A stretch of 62,915 bases of DNA, the filler included. It is 3 parts of 3 records of this genome, joined end to end, with 100 filler letters (N's around TTAATTAATTAA, not from the genome) between each part and the next. Parts side by side here need not be neighbours in the genome. Positions count along the whole stretch, not along the records: positions 26,050 to 48,929 come from SRR31156797_1589; positions 49,030 to 62,915 come from SRR31156797_1614; 1 more part is not named here. The stretch is one strand, 5' to 3'. Under the pieces are notes generated by a model. That model saw nothing but the letters and a program-made list of their open reading frames with translations. It did no database searches and was not told the DNA's origin. Shown here one piece after another: positions 48,633 to 59,100 of the stretch (position 1 is the stretch's first letter; each line of letters starts with the position of its first letter). Position numbers and translations under genes: made by a program.

Positions 48633-48929
48633 ATGAATCTGGAAGATAAGATATTTGCTGGGATTGGAGTGATCAAAGCAGACAGCATTCTTGAGAACTG
48701 CAGGATTGTTAATGTCAACACAAAGGAAATACTGACTGGTGATGTTGCAATAAAATTCGGTTTTATTGTGGGTATGGGTGATGTTTCGGAACTCAAAGGC
48801 GCAGAAACACAGATTGTTGATATTAATAATCGCTACCTTTCACCCGGTCTTATTGATGGTCATGTTCATTTTGAATCAAGCATGGTTACCCTGTCCCAGT
48901 TTGCTAAAACTGCATTGATACATGGTACG
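48633..48929 (+). CDS. ade: Adenine deaminase, 5' part truncated by the contig end
   Basis: AD......IVNV, PGLIDGHVHFESSM, HGT. Confidence 0.85.
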
Positions 48930-49029
48930 NNNNNNNNNNNNNNNNNNNNNNNNNNNNNNNNNNNNNNNNNNNNTTAATTAATTAANNNNNNNNNNNNNNN
49001 NNNNNNNNNNNNNNNNNNNNNNNNNNNNN
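48930..49029. other. Artificial contig spacer (44 N + TTAATTAATTAA + 44 N)
   Basis: Same linker as at 25950, located at 48974-48985. Confidence 0.98.
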
Positions 49030-49057
49030 GCACGGCCACAACATGTTGTGGCCGTGC
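49030..49057. repeat. Perfect 28-bp palindrome at the contig start
   Basis: gcacggccacaaca|tgttgtggccgtgc. Confidence 0.85.
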
Positions 49058-49094
49058 CCATATTTCAAATTTAATCATCTTTGTCAAACCTTCG

Positions 49095-49247
49095 TCATAC
49101 TTTGCTTGACAAAAAGCGGCTTCCTATCCTACTAGGATCATACAAATCCATGAGGTGTCCATAATCTCTCAATAGTTGGTGCAGCACAGGTCCTGGACCG
49201 CAACCAAAATCCAGACCCTTTTGGCCTGAATCAAGCCGTTCCGACAT
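49095..49247 (-). pseudogene. Fragment of a class I SAM-dependent methyltransferase
   Basis: Manual translation MSERLDSGQKGLDFGCGPGPVLHQLLRDYGHLMDLYDP..., 50 aa; motif I only. Confidence 0.6.
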
Positions 49248-49295
49248 AATTTAGATTCATCCCTATTTACATACCAGGCCTATAAAAAATGTGGT

Positions 49296-50738
49296 TCAAA
49301 GCACGCCATACGTTGTCAAAACAGTGCCTGTCCGGGTCTGCAGCTGCACCCATGCCTGACGCAGGGCCACCAGGGCCAAGGCCAGAGATCCCCGGGCTGC
49401 GGTTAAATCTTTCTGGGCCTCGTTAAGGCGCACCAGGGAACCTTGTCCTGCATTGTACTCCTTTTCCACCAGATCGCGTGTCCGCTGCACCAGATCAACG
49501 TTTTGCCGTTGGAGGGCCACCTGGGTCTGGGCCGTGGCCACCAGGCCTGCCGAAGCTCTGATATCGGCAGATACGGAAAGAATCATCTCCTCCAATTGTT
49601 TTTCAAGTTCCTTTTTCCGGTGGTCTGCCTCGCGTACCTTGGCTTTGGTGGCCCCCCCTGAAAAAAGATTGTAGGAAAGGCCCACCTGGATACTTTTTCC
49701 GAAATCGTTGCCGCCAAAGTGCATGTCATCGGTTCGTTCGCCCTCCACACTGCCGCTCACCACCACCGAAGGGTAGTAGTCTGCCTGGGCGATCCTGATC
49801 CGGGCTGTGGTCTGCTTGATCTGCCAGCGCGTCTTCCGGATGTCGGGCCGTAAGTCAAAGGCCCGGGCAATTAATTGCTCCACACAAGGGGTGGAAAGCT
49901 CCGTTTCCGTTTCAGGAGCCAGCCTTGCCAGATTGAGATGGCCGGGAAACAAGGCCTGGGGAAGCCCTAAAAGGGCTGCCAGGCCGGACAAGGCTGTATC
50001 ATATTCATACTCCTGGTTGATACGGGCGGTTTTAGCCTGGTTTTCCCTGACCTGGAAGTTAAGTACATCACTCAAGGAACCGGTTCCCATGCGGTAACGG
50101 GCCCGGGCCTCCTGTAATTGACGCTGATTAAAAGCCTCGTCCGCCTTTTCAATGGCGATGTTCTCCAGGGCCAGCTGGGCGGAAAAAAAAGATTGGGCCA
50201 CAGCAGAAACCAGCAGGCGCTGGGCATCCTTCACGCCCTGGCTCTCCACACTTTTCCCGTAAAGGGCCTCAAGATTTGAAAATTTACGTTCAAATCCGTC
50301 AAAAAGGGTCCAGGTGGCTGTCAGGCTTGATTTATAATACGTTTCAGGATCATCAATGACGGCATTTGGGTTAAAAAAACGGGCTGTGGTTAAATTTTCG
50401 TCATATGTGTTGCCGGACAGCTTTGCCCATCTTCCGGAGACGCCGGCGTCCAGGCGCGGCCAATAGGTGGACCGGGCCTGGTCCATCCTTGCCTTGGCCT
50501 GATGGACCCGCTCTCTTGCCGCCCGGATTCCCGGATTGCTGCAAAGGGCCTTGGCCACGGCAGTCTGCATGTCCAGGGTATTGATTTCAGCCAGATTAAC
50601 GGCCTTGCCCTTTTCTGTGGATGGCCGGGGCGGCTCAGCATGTGTTTCTGCATTGACGTTGCCTGCCGCAGAACAGCTGCCATTCACCGAACCAAAACAA
50701 ATGATGACCAACGAGATGAACAGGATAATTTTTTTCAT
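49296..50738 (-). CDS. TolC-family outer membrane efflux protein
   Basis: Signal peptide, AL..NP.I.AA, WTLFDG, YNLFSGG repeats. Confidence 0.9.
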   Translation of the reverse strand: MKKIILFISLVIICFGSVNGSCSAAGNVNAETHAEPPRPSTEKGKAVNLAEINTLDMQTAVAKALCSNPGIRAARERVHQAKARMDQARSTYWPRLDAGVSGRWAKLSGNTYDENLTTARFFNPNAVIDDPETYYKSSLTATWTLFDGFERKFSNLEALYGKSVESQGVKDAQRLLVSAVAQSFFSAQLALENIAIEKADEAFNQRQLQEARARYRMGTGSLSDVLNFQVRENQAKTARINQEYEYDTALSGLAALLGLPQALFPGHLNLARLAPETETELSTPCVEQLIARAFDLRPDIRKTRWQIKQTTARIRIAQADYYPSVVVSGSVEGERTDDMHFGGNDFGKSIQVGLSYNLFSGGATKAKVREADHRKKELEKQLEEMILSVSADIRASAGLVATAQTQVALQRQNVDLVQRTRDLVEKEYNAGQGSLVRLNEAQKDLTAARGSLALALVALRQAWVQLQTRTGTVLTTYGVL

Positions 50739-50739
50739 T

Positions 50740-53700
50740 TTATCTCAATTCTCCTGAATGGATTGCGCGGGCCGATGATTTATTGCTCTCTTGATTACAT
50801 GGCTGCTGGCGACGGCCGGTGGCCGGTTCCACATCCACCCGCTTGGGCCAGGTGCCGTAACGAAGCCGGTGCACTGCCAGCCGCAGGTCATTGAGGATGG
50901 CCAGAAGACTTGGAATCAATACCAGGGTAAGAATTGTGGCAAACGCCACACCTGCGGCAATGGAAAGTGCCATGGGAATTAAAAATTTTGCCTGGAAGTC
51001 GGTTTCCATGATCAAAGGAGTCAACCCCCCCACGGTGCTCAATGTGGTCAGAAAAATGGCCCTGAAGCGCCGCATGCCCCCTTGAAGGATGGCCTCAAAA
51101 AAGGGCATTTTCTCTGCCAGATTTTCATTGATGCGTTCAATGAGCACGATGGCGTCGTTCACCACGACCCCTGTCAGGGCCACCATGCCGAACATGCTCA
51201 TCATGGACAGATCATACCCTAGAACCAGGTGGCCGATGACCGCCCCGATGATACCAAAGGGCACAGTAAACAATATCACAAAGGGCTGGGCATAGGAGCG
51301 GAACATGGTGGCAATGATGATAAAAATGCCTAAAACCGCCAGAGGAAAGCCGATTTGAAGAGTGCCGAATGATTCGCGCATCTTTTTTTTCTCACCCTGC
51401 AAGGCCACGTACAAGCCGGGATAGCGGTGTTTCATTTCAGGAAAATAGTTTGCCGACAATTCGGCAAATATCTCATTGGCATTGGCTTTTTTTGTGTCCA
51501 CACCGGCGCTCACCGCCACCCGCCGCATGCCGTCGGTGCGGGTAATGGTTGAAAATCCCGGGGCAAAGCTCACGTCGGCCACGGACAAAAGCGGCACTTC
51601 AAAGCCGCCGGCAGTACGGATGCGCACCTGTTCCAGGTCCGAAAGACGGCTGCGCTCATCAGCCGTGTACCGCACCTTTACACGTACATCGTCACGGCCG
51701 CGCTGCAGACGCAGGGCTTCATGGCCGTAATACCCGGCATAGACCTGGCGGGCAAGATCTTCCACAGTCAACCCCAAGGTTCTCGCTTCAGGTTTCAGGG
51801 ACAGGCGCATCTCGTTTTTTCCCGGTGAAAAGTCGCTGCGGACCTGATAGACACCGTCGAACTTTCGCAACCGCGCCATAAGGTCATCGGCAGCAGCCAG
51901 AATAACCGCCATGTCATGCCCCTGCAGCCAGACTTCTATGGGATCGCCCGGCGGGCCAGTCTCCATGCCTGAAATGGTCAAAGACTCTATGCCGGGCAAA
52001 ATACCGATCTCCTTTTCCCAGGCAACCATCAGGTCTTCGGAATGTATGCCCCGGCTCTCGGAATCCACCAGAATCGCCTGTACGGAACCATAGTTGGGGC
52101 CGGTACTGGGGACATCACCCAGGGTCTGCCCCACCAGTGTCAGGCGATCCTTGACCAGGGGAGCGCCGCTGCGCGTAACATACTTTTTCTCCAGCCGCAT
52201 CAAAGCGTCTTCAATCCGGGCAATGGCCTGCCGGGTAACATCCGGCGGCGTACCATTGGGAAACTGTGTTGTGGCGGTCATAATAAAACCGTCCATCTTT
52301 GGAAAAACCTCAAATTTGAGAATACCGCCTTTGAGCAGCCCAATGGTCAGCAGCATCACGGCCATGGCAATTGCCAAGGAGATATAGCGCCAGTGCAAGG
52401 CCTTGCTTAAAAACGGAAGATAGATGCGATCCACAAATTGTTCCATCCGGCGGGAGATGGTTCCCTGGACTTTGGAGAGCCGCATGATCAGCCGGTTTTT
52501 TTTAGTTGAGGGAGAATTGGGATCGGGCAGATGACTCAGATGGGCCGGAAGCAGAAACAGGCACTCCACCAAAGAGACCACCAGGCAGGCGATCACCACC
52601 ACGGGCATGATGGCAATGAATTTGCCCATGATGCCGCCTATGTAAAAAAGCGGTGTGAAGGCTACGATGGTGGTCAGTACAGCCGCCAACACCGGCATCC
52701 CCACTTCGCTGACCCCGTCTATGGCGGCCTGAAGGGCGGGTTTTCCCTGCTTGCGGTGCACATAAATGGCCTCTCCGACCACAATGGCGTCATCCACAAC
52801 AATGCCAAGCACCATGATCAGCCCGAAAAGTGAAATCATGTTGATGGTGCCGCCCAGGCCCCAGAGGATCACCAGGGCGCCAGCAATGGAGATGGGAATG
52901 CCCATGCCGGCCCAGAAGGAGAGCCGGGTGTTCAAAAAACACCACAGCAGAAAAAAGACAATGCAAAGGCCGATGATACCGTTTTTGAGAAGCAGATCAA
53001 TGCGCGCGCGCAGCATCTGGGTATTGTCGTAAAGCATCTTAATATTCATGCCTTCGGGCACCTGCAGCTGTTTGCCGGCGATATACTTTTTAACGGTCCC
53101 CAAAATTTTCAGGGCATCCTCTTCAGGGGTTTTATAAACGATCACAAGCACCGCCGTTTCACCGTTTATGGTGGCGGCGATGGGGTCTTCGGTAAACCCG
53201 TCATTTATTTCGGCCAGACGACCCAGGGTGATCACATCGCCCTGGGGGCGGGCCAGGACCACGATGGAGGCAAACTGTTCACCGGTATATTTGCGGCCCA
53301 TGGTACGCACGCGAATCTCCTCCTCGCTTGTGCGGATGGTTCCGCCGGCAAGATTGAGGCTGCTTTGACTCACAGCCCGGGAAACATCACCAAGGGACAA
53401 TCCGTACTCCCGCAGCTTTTCCTCTGACACCTCTATGCCGATTTCATACTCACGTGCGCCAAAGGTAGCAACCTGGGAAATGCCGGGCAACTGCTGAATT
53501 TCATCTTTTATACGTTCGGACCACTCCTTGATACGCCTTTCGGACATATCCCCGGACAAATAGAGCAGGGATACCACGTCCTTGAGCAAAAGCTCACTGA
53601 TCACAGGTTTTTCAGCATCCACCGGAAAGGTTGAAATGGCATCGACCTTGGTACGCACTTTGTCAAGCACATCGTCCACGGCATAGTTTTCGAGCACCTC

Positions 53701-53982
53701 AATATTGGCGGTCCCAACCCCCTCGGATGACTGGGTCGTGTATTGCTTAATGCCTTCAACACCCTCAATGGCCTCTTCGATCTTGCGGCTGATCCCCTCC
53801 TCCACCTCTTCCGGATCGGCTCCGGGATAAGGCACCAAGATGGTGATCATATCCAGGGAAAACTCCGGAAAGGTTTCACGGATCATGTTGGCTGTGGCTA
53901 TGAATCCTGCGACAAAAATCAGCACAAGCACAATATTGGCAAATACCGTATTGCGGGCAAAGGCTGCAAGGGTCTGTTTCAT
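50740..53982 (-). CDS. RND efflux transporter permease (AcrB/D/F family)
   Basis: YPGADPEEVE, GIVVDDAIVVGE, GVVVNDAIVL, RFRAIFLT. Confidence 0.93.
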   Translation of the reverse strand: MKQTLAAFARNTVFANIVLVLIFVAGFIATANMIRETFPEFSLDMITILVPYPGADPEEVEEGISRKIEEAIEGVEGIKQYTTQSSEGVGTANIEVLENYAVDDVLDKVRTKVDAISTFPVDAEKPVISELLLKDVVSLLYLSGDMSERRIKEWSERIKDEIQQLPGISQVATFGAREYEIGIEVSEEKLREYGLSLGDVSRAVSQSSLNLAGGTIRTSEEEIRVRTMGRKYTGEQFASIVVLARPQGDVITLGRLAEINDGFTEDPIAATINGETAVLVIVYKTPEEDALKILGTVKKYIAGKQLQVPEGMNIKMLYDNTQMLRARIDLLLKNGIIGLCIVFFLLWCFLNTRLSFWAGMGIPISIAGALVILWGLGGTINMISLFGLIMVLGIVVDDAIVVGEAIYVHRKQGKPALQAAIDGVSEVGMPVLAAVLTTIVAFTPLFYIGGIMGKFIAIMPVVVIACLVVSLVECLFLLPAHLSHLPDPNSPSTKKNRLIMRLSKVQGTISRRMEQFVDRIYLPFLSKALHWRYISLAIAMAVMLLTIGLLKGGILKFEVFPKMDGFIMTATTQFPNGTPPDVTRQAIARIEDALMRLEKKYVTRSGAPLVKDRLTLVGQTLGDVPSTGPNYGSVQAILVDSESRGIHSEDLMVAWEKEIGILPGIESLTISGMETGPPGDPIEVWLQGHDMAVILAAADDLMARLRKFDGVYQVRSDFSPGKNEMRLSLKPEARTLGLTVEDLARQVYAGYYGHEALRLQRGRDDVRVKVRYTADERSRLSDLEQVRIRTAGGFEVPLLSVADVSFAPGFSTITRTDGMRRVAVSAGVDTKKANANEIFAELSANYFPEMKHRYPGLYVALQGEKKKMRESFGTLQIGFPLAVLGIFIIIATMFRSYAQPFVILFTVPFGIIGAVIGHLVLGYDLSMMSMFGMVALTGVVVNDAIVLIERINENLAEKMPFFEAILQGGMRRFRAIFLTTLSTVGGLTPLIMETDFQAKFLIPMALSIAAGVAFATILTLVLIPSLLAILNDLRLAVHRLRYGTWPKRVDVEPATGRRQQPCNQESNKSSARAIHSGELR

Positions 53983-55328
53983 GGGGCAGGCTCCTTTTCC
54001 GGTTTGCCGGCAAGCGTGAGCAGACTGTTTTCCAGCGGGTCGATCAGCCGGGTAACAATCACCCGGTCACCAGGTTTGATGCCCCGGCTTATATATGCAT
54101 ATTTATCCTGGCTGCGCACCACATCCACCAAGACGGTTTTAAGTCTGTTATCCGCATCTGCCAAAAAAACTTTATTGTCAAATGTCACTGCCTGGCGGGG
54201 CAGACGGATTACATTTTTCATGATCCGGCCGGGAATTTCCACGGCACAGAACATGCCGTCCACCAGGGGCAGTCCTTTGGTGCCGTTTCCTGCATCCGCG
54301 GCGCTGATACGCACGGCCACAGTCAAGGTGCGGGTCTGGTTGTCGAACTTAACCACGCGGTTCAGTTTGCCGCGCCATACGGCTCCGATTTTATCCTCGG
54401 TCCAGCGAATGGTGCATGCCACCGGTTTCAGCCTGCCGAACCAGGCCGTGGTTTGCAAATTAGCTGCAGATTCCTCGAACTGCAGCCAGTTGCGGGCATC
54501 ACGGCTGTCCAGGGGAACCTGGATCTCCAGTATGGTATCATCGGCAAGCATCAGCACCTGGGTTCCTGGTGCGACATATTGACCGGTTTCAATATTGACC
54601 GATTTGAGGCGTGCGGCAAAAGGCGCTTCTACCCGGCACCGGTCAAGATTGGTTTGCGCCATGGTAAGCCGGGCCTGGGCGGAATGCAGTGAGCTTTGGG
54701 CTTCCCGGATTTGCAGCGGATAAAGGCTTATGGACCGGGCCATGGCATCGGCCTGATCCCAGGCGGCGTTGAAGGCACGTTCCGCCTGGTCGACACCGCT
54801 TCGGGTGCCTACCTGATCGGTAACAAAAAGGTCCCGGACACGCTGAAATTCGGATTTGGCCAGTTCGGCGCTGCGCCGGATTGTTTTCAGCCGCTTTCTG
54901 TCAATGGACAGTTGCTTTTCAAGGCGGGCCACCGTGTTCTGCCACTGGGCCACGCCGGCCCGGGCCTCACGCAGTCCGGCCGTATAATCGGACACGTCAA
55001 TTTGAAACAAAGGCTCGCCCTTTGGAATGACCTGCCCCACCTTCAGCCGGGGGTGGGTTTCAACCACCCTGCCCGACACCTCGGAAGAGATGGAGACCTG
55101 TGTCAGGCAGCGGGCCTGTCCGTACCCGGTAATAGTTACCGGATAGTCCTGAAGGCCTGCTGTGGCAACCCGGACGGAAATGGCCCGTTCTTTTGCCTGC
55201 GCTTCCACCGGCGGTTTTTTCAGGCCGGCCAGTGCCATCATGCCCACCACGCCAAAAAGGACGATTAGCGCACATCCGGCCGCGTAGGCTATAGTTTTTT
55301 TGCGTTTGGGGTTTTGTTTTTCATCCAT
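53979..55328 (-). CDS. RND periplasmic adaptor (membrane fusion protein)
   Basis: N-terminal TM, SEVSGRV, APF....V..GQ.V; ATGA overlap with the permease gene. Confidence 0.9.
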   Translation of the reverse strand: MDEKQNPKRKKTIAYAAGCALIVLFGVVGMMALAGLKKPPVEAQAKERAISVRVATAGLQDYPVTITGYGQARCLTQVSISSEVSGRVVETHPRLKVGQVIPKGEPLFQIDVSDYTAGLREARAGVAQWQNTVARLEKQLSIDRKRLKTIRRSAELAKSEFQRVRDLFVTDQVGTRSGVDQAERAFNAAWDQADAMARSISLYPLQIREAQSSLHSAQARLTMAQTNLDRCRVEAPFAARLKSVNIETGQYVAPGTQVLMLADDTILEIQVPLDSRDARNWLQFEESAANLQTTAWFGRLKPVACTIRWTEDKIGAVWRGKLNRVVKFDNQTRTLTVAVRISAADAGNGTKGLPLVDGMFCAVEIPGRIMKNVIRLPRQAVTFDNKVFLADADNRLKTVLVDVVRSQDKYAYISRGIKPGDRVIVTRLIDPLENSLLTLAGKPEKEPAP

Positions 55329-55336
55329 TTGCCACC

Positions 55337-55828
55337 TCACTCAAACAAATTTTTGGAAGGCCAAAGACCTGCTTCTATAAGTTTTTCGATTTGTTGCAAA
55401 ACCGAGCACCATTGGCTGGTAATTTCCGGGCCAAGCAACTGGGTTAACTCTACGAATGATTTCAATACTTTTTGCTCTACCAAAGCGATTTCGTCAACCG
55501 CTGCAGGCGCCACACGGATCTCAACTTTGCGCCGGTCTGTTTCAGAATGGGTACGGATCAACAGTCCCCGCTCTACCAAACGGTCGACCATGGCGGAGAC
55601 CGATGGCGGAGAAACGTTTAATATCCCGGCCAGCTCGGTGACGGAGACAAATTCACGGACACGGATCATCATAATCATATTCTTCTGTTGATAACTCAAC
55701 TCTCCGAATTGAGACGCCTTACCCTTTTCCATGGCCACAGCAGTTATAATACGGGTGATATTATCGTGAACTTTTCTGCCGGTATTAAAGATGTAGCGTG
55801 CATTGCCCAGTGTTTCGTTATTCTCCAT
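55337..55828 (-). CDS. MarR-family transcriptional regulator
   Basis: ELA..L.VS.PSVS.MVDRLVERGL..R.....DRR. Confidence 0.9.
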   Translation of the reverse strand: MENNETLGNARYIFNTGRKVHDNITRIITAVAMEKGKASQFGELSYQQKNMIMMIRVREFVSVTELAGILNVSPPSVSAMVDRLVERGLLIRTHSETDRRKVEIRVAPAAVDEIALVEQKVLKSFVELTQLLGPEITSQWCSVLQQIEKLIEAGLWPSKNLFE

Positions 55829-55900
55829 CAAGCCTCCTTAATTCGTGTTCATGTCCGGACACTGTGTAATTTACTCATATCATCATCTGATTGTTTGTCA

Positions 55901-55948
55901 AATTAATATTTAGTTAGACTAAATATTAATTATCCTAATTTTTAGGAT
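55901..55948. promoter_or_regulatory. Tandem inverted repeats in a divergent promoter region (candidate MarR operators)
   Basis: Perfect 14-3-14 repeat aattaatatttagt/actaaatattaatt (55901-55931), then a 7-3-7 repeat atcctaa/ttaggat (55932-55948). Confidence 0.55.
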
Positions 55949-56140
55949 TACGAATCTCATTTTTACCAGGCAAGGTACACCAAATAATGAACGGCACCCA
56001 ACATTTCCCCAATTTTTATAAAAACTTGATTGAAGGTTTAAACAGAACACGATACAATAGGAGGCCTTTGTGGAAAAAGCGGCAATTTGAATTACGAACA
56101 GCCTGAATTCGTTTTTAAATTCTAACTGCCTGGACCATAA

Positions 56141-59100
56141 ATGATTTCATTTAAAATATACAGGGCCGGACTGGATATCGGCTCCACCACAGCCAAAATA
56201 GTTGTTCTGGATGATGCCGGCGATCTTATCTTTTCTAATTATCAGCGGCACCATGCACAGGTGTATAAAACTGTTCCCTCATTTTTCCGGCAGATTGAAA
56301 CCCGGTTTCCCGAAGCACGCCTTGATCTTAAACTGACCGGATCCGTCGCGCTGGGAGCTGCAGATAAAACCGGACTTCCTTTTGTCCAGGAAGTCATTGC
56401 CGCGCACACCCTTGTTCAAGCACGGTATCCCCAGGTTCAGACCGCCATTGATATTGGCGGGGAAGATTCAAAAATCATTTTCTTTGAGCCGGACCGCCCC
56501 CCGGATATCCGGATGAACGAAAGCTGTGCCGGCGGAACCGGTTCATTTATCGATCAGATGGCTACACTGATGAATATCTCCCCCTCCCGGCTTAATGATC
56601 TGGCTGCAGGGTTCGGCCATATTTATCCTGTGGCCTCAAGGTGCGGCGTATTTGCCAAGACCGATGTTCAAAACATGTTCAGCCGCAATATCCCGCATAC
56701 GGATATTGCCGCTTCCATTTTTCATGCTGTGGCCATCCAGTGCATCAATGCCCTGGCCCGGGGACGAACGATTCGTCCTGAAATACTGCTTTGCGGCGGG
56801 GTATTTACCTATCTTCCCGAACTGGTCAATACATTTTTACGGGTCTTAAATTTCTCCCGGGACCAGATGGTGATGCCGGCCCATGCCCAGCTTATACCGG
56901 CGCTGGGCGCAGCCCTGTTCGACAGACATCCGGTAAACCCAAGGCCGGTCAAAGATCTGATTGCCCTTTTGGAAAGCCGGCAGGGCAGGACTAAAGCACA
57001 CAAGCACCGTATGCCCCCCCTGTTTGACAGCCAGGCAGCGTTCAGACAATGGGAAAAAACCGTGGGCATTGCCAAAGTCCCCGCATGCCCACTCGCCCGG
57101 TACCAGGGTGATATTTGTTTTCTGGGGGTGGACTCAGGCTCCACCACCACCAAGATTGTGGTAATCGGCGAGGATAACCAGCTGCTGTTCTCCTGGTATG
57201 AAAACAACAGCGGAAATCCGGTAGAAACCGTGATTAAAGGGCTTTCACTATTCAGGAATGCTGTGGCGGCCCTTGTCCCGGACACAAAACCGGACTTAAA
57301 AATTGCACGCACCGCTGTCACAGGATATGGCGAGGATTTGATCCGGGCGGCCCTGAACATGGACCAGGGAATTGTAGAAACCCTGGCTCATTACACCGCA
57401 GCCCGGTCCGTGGATGCGGATGTATCCTTTATCCTTGATATCGGGGGCCAGGATATGAAAGCCATTTTTGTAAAAAATGGGGCCATCAGCCGTATTGAAG
57501 TAAATGAAGCCTGTTCTTCGGGGTGTGGATCTTTCCTGGAAACCCTGGCCAAATCTCTTGATTGCAGCATTGAAAAATTTGCCGATATGGCCTGCCGGGC
57601 ATCTGCGCCCTGCGATTTGGGCACCCGGTGCACGGTGTTCATGAATTCAAAGATCAAGCAGTCTTTGCGGGAAAATGCCCGGGTGGCTGACATCAGTGCC
57701 GGACTTTCCTATTCGGTAATCAAAAATTGCCTGTTCAAGGTACTTAAACTTAAAAGCATGTCCGAGATCGGCGACCATATTGTACTCCAGGGCGGCACAT
57801 TTAAAAATTTGTCCATTGTCCGGGCCATGGAACAGATGACGGGCAAAACAGTTGCCACCACACAGATTCCGGAACTAATGGGGGCATTTGGGGCGGCCTT
57901 AAGCGCACGCCGGGCCTATGTCGATCTAAAAATGCCGGACACGGATTTCCCGGGCCTTGCCGGACTGGCACAGGCCGGCCGGTACACCACCGGGCAGATG
58001 AATTGCAAAGGTTGTGAAAACACCTGCCGGATCACCCGGTTTGATTTTTCCAACGGGAAAACATTTTTTGCCGGGAATAAATGTGAAAAACATTTTTCCG
58101 CCCAAGGGGAAAAAAAGCGTAAAGGCTTTGATTTTGCCGCCTATAAAACTCACACATTTTTCAACAGGCCCCTTGCTCCCCATAAATCACCTCAGCTGAC
58201 CCTGGGAATTCCCCGGGTGCTGAATATGTACGACAACTTTGTTTTCTGGCATGCGCTTTTCACGGCGTGCGACATCAATATCCGCCTGTCCGGTTCCTCC
58301 ACCATGAAAATGAGTGAAAAGGGACTGGGCACCGTCATGTCGGATAATATCTGCTTTCCGGCCAAACTGGTACACGGCCATATCCAGGACCTGGCTGATC
58401 AGCAAGTGGACCGAATCTTCTTTCCCATGGTGGTCTATGAAAAAAAACAGTTCAAAGGAGAAATAAACACCTATAACTGCCCCGTGGTCGCAAGCTACCC
58501 GGATGTCATCGAAAGCGCCGTCTCTCCGTTGGAACGGTTCGGCATTCCTCTTGACCGGCCCGTGGTGGCCTTCCATGATGAGCGCCTGCTTGAAAAAGCC
58601 TGTGCCCGGTACCTGCTGGATCTGGGTATTCCTAAAAAACGCATCAGGCCGGCATTTAAAAACGCCTGCCGGGCCCAGGATACCTTCCATGCACAGATAC
58701 GGGAAAAAGCAAAGGCAGTGATCGAAACCGCCCAAAGGGAGAAATCTCTGCTCATTGTCCTGGCCGGACGTCCCTATCATCTGGACAGCTTGATCAACCA
58801 CAAGCTTCCGGAAATTTTAACCCGGCTGGGGGCGGATATCATCACAGAGGATGTGGTGCCGGAAAACCCCGAAGCCCTGGCCGGTGTCCAGGTGGTGACC
58901 CAATGGTCCTATCCCAACCGGATTTACAATGCAGCCCGGTGGGTGGCGGATCAGCCCCGTCACATTCAGATGGTTCAGATCAACTCCTTTGGGTGCGGCC
59001 CGGATGCGGTTGTGGTGGATGAAGTCCGGGAGATCTTAAAAACCGGTGGTAAAAACCACACCCTGATCAAGGTGGATGAAATTTCCAATCCCGGCTCTAT

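Noticed and set aside
26050-48929. Apparent large archaea-to-bacteria horizontal transfer
   Set aside because: The block is bounded exactly by artificial spacers, so it is a separate contig.
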